A stretch of DNA of 64,000 nucleotides from assembly GCA_000002435.2 (NCBI GenBank), contig CM018793.1. One strand, 5' to 3'. The position numbers and the translations under genes are program-made. Positions 1-9,663 of the stretch are shown piece by piece. A model generated the notes under the pieces. It was not told the DNA's origin and ran no database searches. It was given only the letters and a program-made list of their open reading frames with translations. Position 1 is the first letter of the stretch; every line of letters starts with the position of its first letter. The DNA comes from Giardia intestinalis (taxonomy: Eukaryota).

Positions 1-22
1 TCACTCTTTTTATGACCGGTCA

Positions 23-832
23 ATGAATGCCGCTCTTTCTAAACTGTATATGTCCTCACCCGATGCAATGGCTCTTTACCTTTTTCTATGGAAAATGGGG
101 CTTCATTCGACAATGAGACAAAATGCTTCATCTTTATCTTCACATCATGGAGAACAACTTTCAAAAACAACTGGCTCAACGTTCGATTCGCTGCTCCTTC
201 CGGAAGAGCTGCTCTACTTGCGATTGCACTTGCACCTTCTGATTTTCTATTTCATTACAGCTTACTCCAAGAAGCGACTACGCACAGTCATGCCCGACAG
301 GAGCAAAGGTGCAAGCCTTTTGACTATGCTTATATCTCTTGCCGATCATATAGCAGATCTTCAGCGCGAAACCGCTGTCCGACCGTCCTGTATTGTTACT
401 GATTGGTCTATTTGCTCACTAATTCAAGGGCCTACGGCCATTAAGCTTGGCGTGCCAGAGACTGGTAGTCTATACTTTGCCAGCTACGGACTCGCTGGGC
501 TTTTGCCCTTCAACGATAAAGGCGGGCACTTTCTTGTTTTTCTCATGACAATGGACACAGCGATGCTTAAGCTCCTCTCTGTTATGAAGCTCGAGCTGCA
601 ACCCGATAAGTACTATCTTTCCATATTGATTGGCAACTACCAACTCAGCTCTAAAACAGTTGGACCTGTTCCCTTCTCAAGTCAATCAACTCCCCTAGAT
701 CTCAGCTTTCGTTTGATGATAGCTAGTAGTGAAACAAGTAGTGTCCCTAACAGTGTCCCTAGCAGTTTACACAGCACCCCTACCCAGAAGCGCACGCTTG
801 ATACTACAGATACGCATACTCCTCTTCCTTAA
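23..832 (+). CDS. Hypothetical protein with hydrophobic segments and a Ser/Thr-rich C-terminal tail; the ORF is open to the window start and may begin upstream.
   Basis: 269-aa ORF and the only long ORF in 1-803. No competing minus-strand ORF. ATG at 23 with no upstream stop inside the window. Confidence 0.3.
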   Translation: MNAALSKLYMSSPDAMALYLFLWKMGLHSTMRQNASSLSSHHGEQLSKTTGSTFDSLLLPEELLYLRLHLHLLIFYFITAYSKKRLRTVMPDRSKGASLLTMLISLADHIADLQRETAVRPSCIVTDWSICSLIQGPTAIKLGVPETGSLYFASYGLAGLLPFNDKGGHFLVFLMTMDTAMLKLLSVMKLELQPDKYYLSILIGNYQLSSKTVGPVPFSSQSTPLDLSFRLMIASSETSSVPNSVPSSLHSTPTQKRTLDTTDTHTPLP

Positions 833-2360
833 ATTCCCACCTGTTCCCTTCAAGAGGCTTGGGCTGGTAGTCTGCGTGGTATGTACTCTCACCATCAAAC
901 TTTGTGCCATCCCCAACCATAAAGTGCGTTTTTCTTAGGCCAGACCCATCCACAGGAGCACTTGCACAATTATTGAACGCAATGTATTTGGAATTGTACT
1001 CTGTACTACTGAGGAACCTGCCTCCCGCTGCCTCCCTCATTATGTGTGAGTCGCGCAACCCCATGTCTACAGCATCAGTCAGCTTTTGGCCAGCGTACGG
1101 CTTACTTTGAAGTAGCATGTCAGACGTGGTGGTTGTGGTTTGGAGTGGATTGATACCAGACAGCTCCGAAAGGTGTGATCTCCGTAGACGCTGCGCAGCA
1201 TCTGGATCTAGGGATGAACGCGCATCTATACTGGGTACCTTGTTATAGTTATCCATGAACTCTGATGCTCCAGCAAACTTTGCAGTTGTTGGGTTCAAAT
1301 TGATGAAGCCACTTTCCCGCTGTATGCGATTCTTCAGGTCTGATGGCTGATAGTGAGCATTATTCAATTCTTGAGGGTTGTAGGCGACATATTTTGCAGC
1401 AGTTTCAGACAGATTTTTGCCTTCAACTGTTGCAGGATTAAGTACATGCTTCTTTGTATCCTCAGACTCAGGCTTCAACAAACCCGAGGGGACGTGGCCA
1501 GGGTAATTAACGTAGTTTGCCTGGTGCTCAGTTTCCTTGGTCAGCATCTGGGCCTGCATGGGATATGGTAGGTGGGACCTCCGCAGCGCAGTCGGGTCCA
1601 TGTTATCCCACTTATCTCCGCGTACTCCTGCCGTCTGGCTCAGCATGTCTCTAGTTTCTGAAGAGCGAGGTCCACTGGGATCATATCCTTGATCGATGTG
1701 GCTCCTCCGCAGCGCCATATTCACCGGCTTAGCCGCAAGCTCGTCATAGTTTGAGCCAGTAAGATACGGTCTATACTCATCTTGCGTTTCAGAGAACTTC
1801 CCCTTGAATCCTTCGTTGGCTGTTGGAAAGTGGGACCTCTGGAGAGTTGCCGTATCCAGAAGCTGTCTGTTTGGGTCTATTGAGTGCCTGACAAAATCTG
1901 TCTGCTGGATCGACTGTCCTAATGGCACACCGGAGCTCCCAGGTGCGACCTCAAAGTGCGATCTCTGCAGGGCCATGCTTGCAGCAGGAAGGACCGCACC
2001 AGAACCTACTGGGTATGGCTTATAGTCGTGTGTGTAGACAGACTCACCTTCCGGGACATGGCCACCCTGGGTGAGATTTATGTTGTCTGGTTTATGGTGT
2101 AAACTCACGGCAGATTCCTGCACGTCAAACGGCCTCTCGATGAATTCTGCTTGGTGCTCAGATAAACCAAGATTTGAGGTGTGATCACCACTGATGCTAA
2201 AGTGAGATTTCCTAAGATTGGCGCTTGCTGCACCTGGATCAACAGAATTTCCCTGAACACTTCGTGGGACGTATTCATCGTGGTACTCCGAGTTGACTTT
2301 GTGGGGGTAGGATACCAACTTGATGTGCGACCGCTGAAGAAGATGAGTACGGCTTGTCAT
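804..2360 (-). CDS. Repeat protein with about 8 degenerate [LM]R[RK](S/T)H[FIL] repeats and two C-terminal S(T/V)YxxDY(Q/K)P motifs; possibly a SAXO/MAP6-like microtubule-associated protein.
   Basis: Long ORF. The track start at 2411 is a TTG, so I trimmed to the first ATG at 2358-2360 (AATTTTATG context). Internal periodic motifs: ALRRSHI, ALRRSHL, RLRRSHL, GLRDSHI, GLRKTHF, NLRKSHF, ALQRSHF, TLQRSHF. Confidence 0.6.
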   Translation of the reverse strand: MTSRTHLLQRSHIKLVSYPHKVNSEYHDEYVPRSVQGNSVDPGAASANLRKSHFSISGDHTSNLGLSEHQAEFIERPFDVQESAVSLHHKPDNINLTQGGHVPEGESVYTHDYKPYPVGSGAVLPAASMALQRSHFEVAPGSSGVPLGQSIQQTDFVRHSIDPNRQLLDTATLQRSHFPTANEGFKGKFSETQDEYRPYLTGSNYDELAAKPVNMALRRSHIDQGYDPSGPRSSETRDMLSQTAGVRGDKWDNMDPTALRRSHLPYPMQAQMLTKETEHQANYVNYPGHVPSGLLKPESEDTKKHVLNPATVEGKNLSETAAKYVAYNPQELNNAHYQPSDLKNRIQRESGFINLNPTTAKFAGASEFMDNYNKVPSIDARSSLDPDAAQRLRRSHLSELSGINPLQTTTTTSDMLLQSKPYAGQKLTDAVDMGLRDSHIMREAAGGRFLSSTEYNSKYIAFNNCASAPVDGSGLRKTHFMVGDGTKFDGESTYHADYQPKPLEGNRWEFKEEEYAYL

Positions 2361-2411
2361 AAAATTCTTTGCTTGGTGGGAGCTTAGGATCCAATTTTTT
2401 GAAACTGCCAA

Positions 2412-3632
2412 ATGCCACCCAAAGGGAAGAAGGAGGAGGACGACTCGAAGGTCATCGCCCTTTTGGGCCGCGCCAAGAACTCGCTTTCAATGGGCATTGT
2501 TGGGCTTCCAAATGTGGGAAAGTCTCTCACCTTCTCCACTCTGACAAAGGTCCAGGTACCCAGCGAAAACTATCCCTTCTGCACGATAGACCCCAACCAT
2601 GCGCGTGTTGCTGTACCCGACAAGCGCTTCGAGTGGCTCTGCGGACACTTTAAGCCGAAGTCTGAAGTTTCCACGTTCTTGGACATAACAGACATAGCAG
2701 GTCTTATTAAGGGCGCTTCAGAGGGCAATGGTCTTGGAAATGCGTTCCTATCACACATCAAGGCAGTAGATGGAATTTACCATGTCGTGCGTGTCTTCCC
2801 AGATGAAGATGTGAGCCACGTGGAAGGGGAGATTGACCCCACGCGTGACCTAGAAATCATAACCACCGAACTTACAGCAAAGGACCTTGAGTTTCTTGGA
2901 GCACGCATCACCGATAATGAGCGCAAGATCGAGCGGGGCCTGGATAAAAGTCTCAAGGATGTCCAACCAATATACCTAAAAATAGAGGGACTACTCAAGG
3001 AAAAGAAGGATCTCTTTGCCCAGAGCTGGTCGCCCCGTGAGGTGGAGATTCTCAACGAGCTGCAGTTGCTTAGTTGCAAGCCTGTGGTCTATCTTTTGAA
3101 CATGAGCGAGGCAGACTATAGTAAGAAGAAGAATAAGTTTCTTACCAAGATACAGGAATGGATAACGGCCAGAAACGAAAATGCGCATATAGTTCCATAT
3201 AGCGCCAAGCTAGAGGCGACGCTTTTGGAGCTAGGCTCTGCAGAGGCTAGAGACGCTTACCTCAGCGAGCTCCCCTCAAAGTACAAGCTCCCTGACGGTT
3301 CCGTTGTGGAGTCGGCTCTCGATAAGATCATCAAGACGGGATATAAGGCATTGAACCTCTGTCATTTCTTCACATGTGGTGCAGACGAAGTTAGATGCTG
3401 GACGGTCAGAAAATACACCAAGGCGCCGGATGCAGGTGCGGTCATTCACAGCGACTTCCGCGACTACTTTATATGTGCAGAGGTTTATACTTATAAGGAT
3501 CTCAAGAGGTTAGGGTCCGAAGCAGAGGTCAAGGCAGCCGGGAAGGTCCGCACCGAAGGGAAGAACTACGTTGTTGAAGATGGGGACATAATCTTCTTCA
3601 AGAACAACTCACGTGGCGGTAAAAAGAAATGA
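2412..3632 (+). CDS. OLA1: Obg-like ATPase 1 (YchF/OLA1 family GTPase)
   Basis: N-terminal MGIVGLPNVGKS P-loop (G1), YchF-type central domain and C-terminal TGS-like domain. 406 aa, typical OLA1 length. Confidence 0.85.
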   Translation: MPPKGKKEEDDSKVIALLGRAKNSLSMGIVGLPNVGKSLTFSTLTKVQVPSENYPFCTIDPNHARVAVPDKRFEWLCGHFKPKSEVSTFLDITDIAGLIKGASEGNGLGNAFLSHIKAVDGIYHVVRVFPDEDVSHVEGEIDPTRDLEIITTELTAKDLEFLGARITDNERKIERGLDKSLKDVQPIYLKIEGLLKEKKDLFAQSWSPREVEILNELQLLSCKPVVYLLNMSEADYSKKKNKFLTKIQEWITARNENAHIVPYSAKLEATLLELGSAEARDAYLSELPSKYKLPDGSVVESALDKIIKTGYKALNLCHFFTCGADEVRCWTVRKYTKAPDAGAVIHSDFRDYFICAEVYTYKDLKRLGSEAEVKAAGKVRTEGKNYVVEDGDIIFFKNNSRGGKKK

Positions 3633-3692
3633 GTTCCATAGATACCTCACAGGCCTGCCTATACAGATTGAATGGGTACTTATATGAGAGCT

Positions 3693-5381
3693 TCACTTCC
3701 TATAGAGGTTTATCATCTCGACTATCTCTGGTCGCGTCTCTGGTGGAATAGTAAACCCATTAAGGGATTCGTATTCGTAAGGAAGCAAGATGCGTACTGC
3801 CACTCGTTTGTTCTGGTAGATAGCGTAATGGAGTGCCGTGAGGTTGTGGTGATCTCTCATGTTGGCAAGATGTGGGGCTAGAACACCGATGTCATAGTAC
3901 CTACTGGCGTGGACAGCAGAGATAAGATCGGTGGAAAATACCTTCGCGTCTTCAGGCAGTGAGCCTTCTTTATTCACATCTACAGTGGTGTGCTGCTTAT
4001 CTTGTGTTGAAGTAGTGGGCTTGCTCACAGTGGAACCAGAGAGAGCCGGCCTAGGGCTACTACGACTGGGGCTGGGCCTGGATATGCGTGGCGCTAGCCG
4101 CCCGTGACGAAGCAGGATCTGCTGAAGAGAGTTTCGTGAAATTCCTTCTGAGTCCTCTAAAAGATCTATCAGCTCCATATTGTCGAAGAGCTTGGCATAA
4201 TCTATTGCACGCAGACCCCTATGGTCCACCAAGCCCGCTTCATAAGGAATGAGCGCCTTGCAGGCTTGATAAAGGTTCTGCTCTACGGCATAGATAAGGG
4301 CTGTTTTGCCCTGGAAATCTTGGTTGCTAGTCTCACACTTGATAAGTTCCTGAATAATAGGCTGGTTGTTTGATAGTACTGCATGCATTAGCGCCGTCCG
4401 ACCTACAACGTCCTTCAGACCAACCTCATACTTTAACAGCGTCTGGACGAGCTTTAAATTTCCCTTGTTCACGGCGAACATCAGGGCCGTCATTCCAGCA
4501 GGATCTTGGATCTTCGCCTCGTATTTCCTGAGTATTGCCGCAGCGGACTCATTGCCTATTTCTGCCGCGATCATGAGCGCAGTCTTCCCCTCCCTGTTCA
4601 CGTTTCTGCACAGGATAGAAGAATAGTCAAGCATCTTCTTATAGTTGAAGGTCATGACTGCCCTCATCAAGAGAGTGTTTCCGTTCTCATCTACTTTGGG
4701 ACCACCCTTTACAACATCTGGAGTCGTTGTGATCAGTATGGGAGAAGCGTGTTGGCGCCTTGAGTCATCCCGGTGTGTGAGTCCGTCAAGCACACCCATG
4801 AGGTACGTTATGCAAAAGGTTGGGCCGGCAGCTGTTTCGAGAGAAATTGCCTCGGCTATATCGCCCGCAGGCAGCTTATGACAGTGACGGATGGCGTCCT
4901 GCAGGAGCTCGTAGTCATTCAGCTCAATAGCAAACATTAATATCTTTCTAAACTCCCCATCCTTGCCCTGAGCCAGATCTTTGGATGGATCCATATGCTC
5001 AAAGCACATATGTGCAATGGTGTCCTGCTTGTACTTCAATGCCATAAGGAGTGGAGAAAGACCGGAAGAGGCCTCAACAGAGCCCTCATACGGAAGCAAG
5101 ACTCCTGCAGCATCAATCGAGGACGCGCGGATTGCGTACCCAAGAGCCGTGAACCCCTCAGAGCTGATTTCGCACGCTTCACTAACCAGTGCTTGGACAC
5201 ACGATGCGTGACCTGCATCCGCTGCATGCATCAGCGCAGTCATTCCTCGGGAGTCCACGGCTCGCCGCATGGTCGCTATATGCTGTTTTAGATAGGCGCA
5301 ATCTCCGCGCTGTGCAGCAGAAAACCAGCGGCCAAAGGATTCTTCTGCCGCTTTGCCCTCGTCCTGGTCCATCAGGCTCAT
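3693..5381 (-). CDS. Ankyrin-repeat protein (Giardia 'Protein 21.1' family)
   Basis: Multiple GxTALMxAAxxGH ankyrin repeats. ATG verified at 5379-5381. Confidence 0.85.
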   Translation of the reverse strand: MSLMDQDEGKAAEESFGRWFSAAQRGDCAYLKQHIATMRRAVDSRGMTALMHAADAGHASCVQALVSEACEISSEGFTALGYAIRASSIDAAGVLLPYEGSVEASSGLSPLLMALKYKQDTIAHMCFEHMDPSKDLAQGKDGEFRKILMFAIELNDYELLQDAIRHCHKLPAGDIAEAISLETAAGPTFCITYLMGVLDGLTHRDDSRRQHASPILITTTPDVVKGGPKVDENGNTLLMRAVMTFNYKKMLDYSSILCRNVNREGKTALMIAAEIGNESAAAILRKYEAKIQDPAGMTALMFAVNKGNLKLVQTLLKYEVGLKDVVGRTALMHAVLSNNQPIIQELIKCETSNQDFQGKTALIYAVEQNLYQACKALIPYEAGLVDHRGLRAIDYAKLFDNMELIDLLEDSEGISRNSLQQILLRHGRLAPRISRPSPSRSSPRPALSGSTVSKPTTSTQDKQHTTVDVNKEGSLPEDAKVFSTDLISAVHASRYYDIGVLAPHLANMRDHHNLTALHYAIYQNKRVAVRILLPYEYESLNGFTIPPETRPEIVEMINLYRK

Positions 5382-6343
5382 TTCCTCGTTTTTTGTGATG
5401 GCTTTGTGAGCCTATAGAGACCACAGTGTACACTGTTCAACGCTGTTAGCATGTGTGAGACCGTTTTTTGGTTCTTCGTCATTCGTCCCACTCACACCGT
5501 AACACGCGTCGGTACTTTATCCCATCAGGACCCCTCTGCCTCGTACAAGGCGCAGAACGTGTGTGTCGAAGGGGCCAGCTCGCACGTGCCGACAGAACGG
5601 AGGCCGCCTGCGCCGCTCTCCACGGGCATCCTGTGGAAGCGGCTTCTTTCGTGAGAATTCAGTGGACTGCGTTCTGCCGATGGCGCTTTCCACTAGTGTA
5701 GGGCTTGAAGTGCTCCCGCAACGTGCCTTCTTCAGGAGAAAGCGTAACAGGTGAAGAGCGACTGCACTCTCTGCACAGCAGTCCACTGAGCTTGGGCAGA
5801 CTACGTCCAAGGAGACCTGAAGGTCCTGCAATGGGCATAGCTGCAACTCATGGGAGAGCCCCCCGCTGTTCGTACAGACACTTTCTTCAACCATAGAAGA
5901 CTTACAGATGTAAGCACAAGGCATCTGAGATCATGGCTGCCACGAGGTCCAACGACAGCGGCAGATGAATTAGCACTGAGCACGAATCCTTGGTTACAGT
6001 CTCAGAGTAGTCCACATCACGTAGCCCATTTGGGTAGTCAAGCATGAGTGCTCACAGACAGAGCATAGCGCACTGCACTTTGCGGGTGAGATGAAAGCCC
6101 ACCAGTGTTCTACGCTGTTAATGGCTCTAGCCTAGTACTTCACAAGATCCCATCTAGCCGCAGCACGAAGGAGCAGAGGCCGGACATGGACGCATAACAC
6201 TGCATACAATTATATGCAACAGAAAGAATCAGCAAGTGCCAGAATTATATAGGAATACATGTATGGACATCAGTTGACTGAGCTGTAGATTACAGTGTGA
6301 ATTACAGGTGTTTTAGCCCTTTCTTCGGCAGGAAAAATAAAGG

Positions 6344-7867
6344 ATGGCATGCAACGAACGCGGAGGGTCGCGAGCAGGCAGTTCTAGTCAAGAGGATGCC
6401 TCTTCTGTACCTCACTCCACAAGGGATTCATTCTGGACGCCCCTTATGCGTGCTGCTGCGGAAGGAAATGCTGGGACCGTCCGGATGCTGCTTGAAGCGG
6501 AAGTCCGTACCGGCCGGCGCAATAGACAGGGGATGACGGCCCTCATGCACGCGGCCCAGCGGGGACACGTTGATCCTATTAGGCTGCTTTTTGAGAAGGA
6601 GGGTGGCATCAAAGACAAGAACGGTTGGACCGCGCTTATGCACGCAGCGTACAACAATCACCCTGAGGTGGTTGAAATTCTCGTCCCTCACGATCGTGGG
6701 GAGAAGGACAAGAACGGCCGCACTGCTCTGATGATGGCCGCAGAGAGGGGCCACACAGAGATCGCCTCCTTCTTGGCCCTACACGAGGGGGGCCTGGCCG
6801 ACAGCAGAGGCCGCACGGCCCTGATGATCGCCGCACAGAAGGGGAATCTTGAGATTGTCAGGGCCCTTGTCGAGCACGAGAGGGGCCTGAAGGATAACAA
6901 CGGCTGCACGGCTCTTTCCTGTGCAGCCCGAGCCGGCCACCGCGATGTCGCAATGCTCCTCATGGCACACGAGAAGGACTTTATGGAGTGGACGATGCTC
7001 ATGTGTGCCGCGGCCCTCGGAGACACGGACCTGGCATTCCGGCACCTCGATGAGAAGGGCCAGAGGGACAAGCGGGGCCAGACAGCCCTCATCATCGCCG
7101 CCCAGAATGGAAGGGACGAGGCTGTGGAGCTCCCAATAGGGTACGAGAGCGATGTATCAGGATGGACAGACCTTATCTACTCTGCATACCTCGGGGACAC
7201 GGATGAAGTCAAGGAAAACATTCACGAGAAGGGACGCACTGATATCATTGGGATGTCTGCTCTCATGTGGGCTGCACACCAGGGCCACAAGGAAGTAGTG
7301 GAGTTCCTCCTCGAGCACGAGAGGGGCCTGAAGGACAGAGCTGGGAAAACAGCCCTCATGCATGCTGTTTCTGCATTCAGTGATACTTTCGATGGACGAG
7401 CGGTTCCGACTGATGCGTCAATGGGTACCGGCCGCGGTAGTGTGGTTTCAGAGCGTTATGAGGATCGCCTACAGTGTATCGAGCTACTTGGGGAGCATGA
7501 AGCGCGTATGCGGGATAACAGTAGGAGGACAGCCCTTATGATAGCAGCGGAGTGTGGCCACGGGGGATACGTCAAGAAACTTCTAGATAAGGAGAGGGGC
7601 ATGAGTGATAGTAATGGATGGACTGCCCTCATGAGGGAAGCATCCAATGGCCACACAGAGATAGCAAGGCTCCTGGTGGAGAAGGAGGGGGGCATGAATA
7701 ATGGTAGTGGATGGACAGCACTCATGTTGGCAGCACGGAATGGCCACACAGAGGTGGCGAGGCTCCTACTAGAGAAGGAGAAGGACATGAAGAGTAAGTG
7801 GGGTAATACTGCCCTCAGTATAGTCAAGGGGTATAACCACCCCTCTATCATCTCTCTCCTCTCATAG
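6344..7867 (+). CDS. Ankyrin-repeat protein (Protein 21.1 family)
   Basis: At least 12 tandem ankyrin repeats (G(R/W)TALM.AA..GH). TAG followed by AGTAAAC poly(A) signal at 7869-7875. Confidence 0.85.
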   Translation: MACNERGGSRAGSSSQEDASSVPHSTRDSFWTPLMRAAAEGNAGTVRMLLEAEVRTGRRNRQGMTALMHAAQRGHVDPIRLLFEKEGGIKDKNGWTALMHAAYNNHPEVVEILVPHDRGEKDKNGRTALMMAAERGHTEIASFLALHEGGLADSRGRTALMIAAQKGNLEIVRALVEHERGLKDNNGCTALSCAARAGHRDVAMLLMAHEKDFMEWTMLMCAAALGDTDLAFRHLDEKGQRDKRGQTALIIAAQNGRDEAVELPIGYESDVSGWTDLIYSAYLGDTDEVKENIHEKGRTDIIGMSALMWAAHQGHKEVVEFLLEHERGLKDRAGKTALMHAVSAFSDTFDGRAVPTDASMGTGRGSVVSERYEDRLQCIELLGEHEARMRDNSRRTALMIAAECGHGGYVKKLLDKERGMSDSNGWTALMREASNGHTEIARLLVEKEGGMNNGSGWTALMLAARNGHTEVARLLLEKEKDMKSKWGNTALSIVKGYNHPSIISLLS

Positions 7868-7909
7868 AGTAAACAGGACCCCGCCCCGGCCTCGCGGCCC
7901 GACATCTTG

Positions 7910-9129
7910 TTTACTCTCTCCGTTTCACCGAGGTGGGGTTGCCATCTGCCACCTGAGCAATCCCCTCCATGCGAGCCACCGCCACTCTGGGTAGGCGGGT
8001 CCCTCTCGCCCTCGCACCAGCTGAGATCTAGAGTCCAGAGTCTAGAAACCAAAATCTGAGAATATGAGCTCAGATGTCAAGCGATTCCGGTGGGAGAAGA
8101 AGAAGAAACTTCACTCTATCCACTGGGAGTCTCTGTCGCTCTTCGCGGTGCCTTCCGAGGCTCTCCCATCTTCTGGCCTTTCGGGTCAGCTGTCGTCTGA
8201 TATCTAGTGAGCACCCGTTGTCTCGGGCTTTTCCGTCAGCCACAGCAGTCTGGCCTCAGAAGCAATTGACCCTGACCATGTACTCCAGAGTCGCCTTGGT
8301 GCTGGTACTCCATGATGAAGATCGCACGCCACGAACCTCAGGTGTCGATCCTTAGGTCCCTGAGGTGCTCCCTTGTCTTCTCGTGGAGGGTGCCGTCAGT
8401 CCCGAGTATGATCGGGAGGGTGCTCCCCGTATGCCTCTATCTTAGAGTGGTAGTACGAGCTCATGGATGCCGGCTGAACCACTCCTATGTCGACGGCCTG
8501 GCTGGTGTCTGGAAGGAAGAGGCCCGGCTCTGGTTCGCCTTGTCATGGTCAACCCATACCTTCTGCTCATGGACCACAGTGCACCTCTTCTTCGACACTG
8601 TGTGGTCATCCAACACGAGATCGCGTCGAGGCATCACTTTATGCAGTGTGTCTGGCTCAGTGACGATGTGGTCTGCGTCCATCCTCGCACAGCACACTTA
8701 GAGGTGATGCTTTGGTCTGTTGAGGCGTCGGTCCAGGGTCACATCTTTCCGAGGGGTATCATCTGCAGCATCAGGAGCGATCAGGATCGGTTCACCAAGG
8801 TTGTGTCGCTCTATGATGACATCTCATCTATATCAAGGATATGTGGCTGTTTGTGATGATGAACTCCAAAGCACCAGTATTCTTCAGTGTAACTAGATTC
8901 AATGTACTTCTCAAGACTTGAACCAGATATCCCAGCAAGAGCTTCTCCAACCTGCTTATCAAAGGATTCATAGTAGTCATGTGGTGAGTCCATGTCAATC
9001 AGCAGTGTGTAGTTAGTCACTGGACGATGATCTTAACCAGCGTGAGACCCGCCCAGTGCTGCAACGACTCACACGAGAGAATGTACCCAAACAGCAGCTA
9101 TCAAACTGACCTCAATGAAGTAGAGTAAA
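7910..9129. mobile_element. About 1.2 kb non-coding repeat element with imperfect terminal inverted repeats (left TTTACTCTCTCCGTTTCACCGAGG; right CCTCAATGAAGTAGAGTAAA). Its left ~900 bp is homologous to the outer part of the large palindrome arms.
   Basis: Direct sequence comparison: 7910-8850 aligns with 34925-35600 and with the reverse complement of 49500-50176 (e.g. ...GATGCTTYGGTCTGTYGAGGCGTCGGTCCAGG...). The 8-bp termini TTTACTCT/AGAGTAAA are inverted. Only short, degenerate ORFs inside. Confidence 0.4.
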
Positions 9130-9225
9130 TCTTCCTCTTCCGAATAACGCCTCCGTTAAAAAATGAAATGTAAGATGTGATGGCACAAATGATGGACATT
9201 AAATTGAAATACCTCCATAAAAATC

Positions 9226-9594
9226 ATGGACCCAAACTCCCTGGCAAGCTCCTTTGTGCAGCACTACTACTCCAACTTCTGCAACCAGGCGACACGTGCT
9301 AACGTCCTGTCGCTTTACAGCCCCACAGCGCAGATGATTTTCAACGGAACACATTGCCGGGGAATCGAGGCCATCCAGCAACAGCTCGAGCGCATGAGCT
9401 TCAAAACCGTCAATATTCCTAATCCTACTATTTCTGCGATGGATCTCGGGGGACGATACTTGGTGAAAGTGTCCGGCCTTTTGAGCATCGACGACTCCAA
9501 TCAGCCTATAGGCTTTGCCCACGTCTTTGTCCTGGGCTCCAACAACGGCTCATTCTATATAGAGGGCGAAATCTTTTCCTTCGCTATAAATTAA
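9226..9594 (+). CDS. NTF2: Nuclear transport factor 2 (NTF2)
   Basis: 122 aa. FVQHYY..F motif and overall NTF2-fold similarity (compare FVQHYYQLFD...FHQMFLL in NTF2). Confidence 0.75.
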   Translation: MDPNSLASSFVQHYYSNFCNQATRANVLSLYSPTAQMIFNGTHCRGIEAIQQQLERMSFKTVNIPNPTISAMDLGGRYLVKVSGLLSIDDSNQPIGFAHVFVLGSNNGSFYIEGEIFSFAIN

Positions 9595-9663
9595 TGATTG
9601 GTGTCGGCAAAAAGTAAGTAAAGAGCAAAACTAAATTTTGGGCTTTTCGGCGACGCCTACTCC

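Noticed and set aside
7456-8052. 198-aa minus-strand ORF overlapping the 3' end of the ankyrin gene (and similar antisense ORFs 6412-7095)
   Set aside because: Mirror-frame artifacts of the tandem ankyrin nucleotide repeats. The sense strand has the unmistakable ankyrin consensus.
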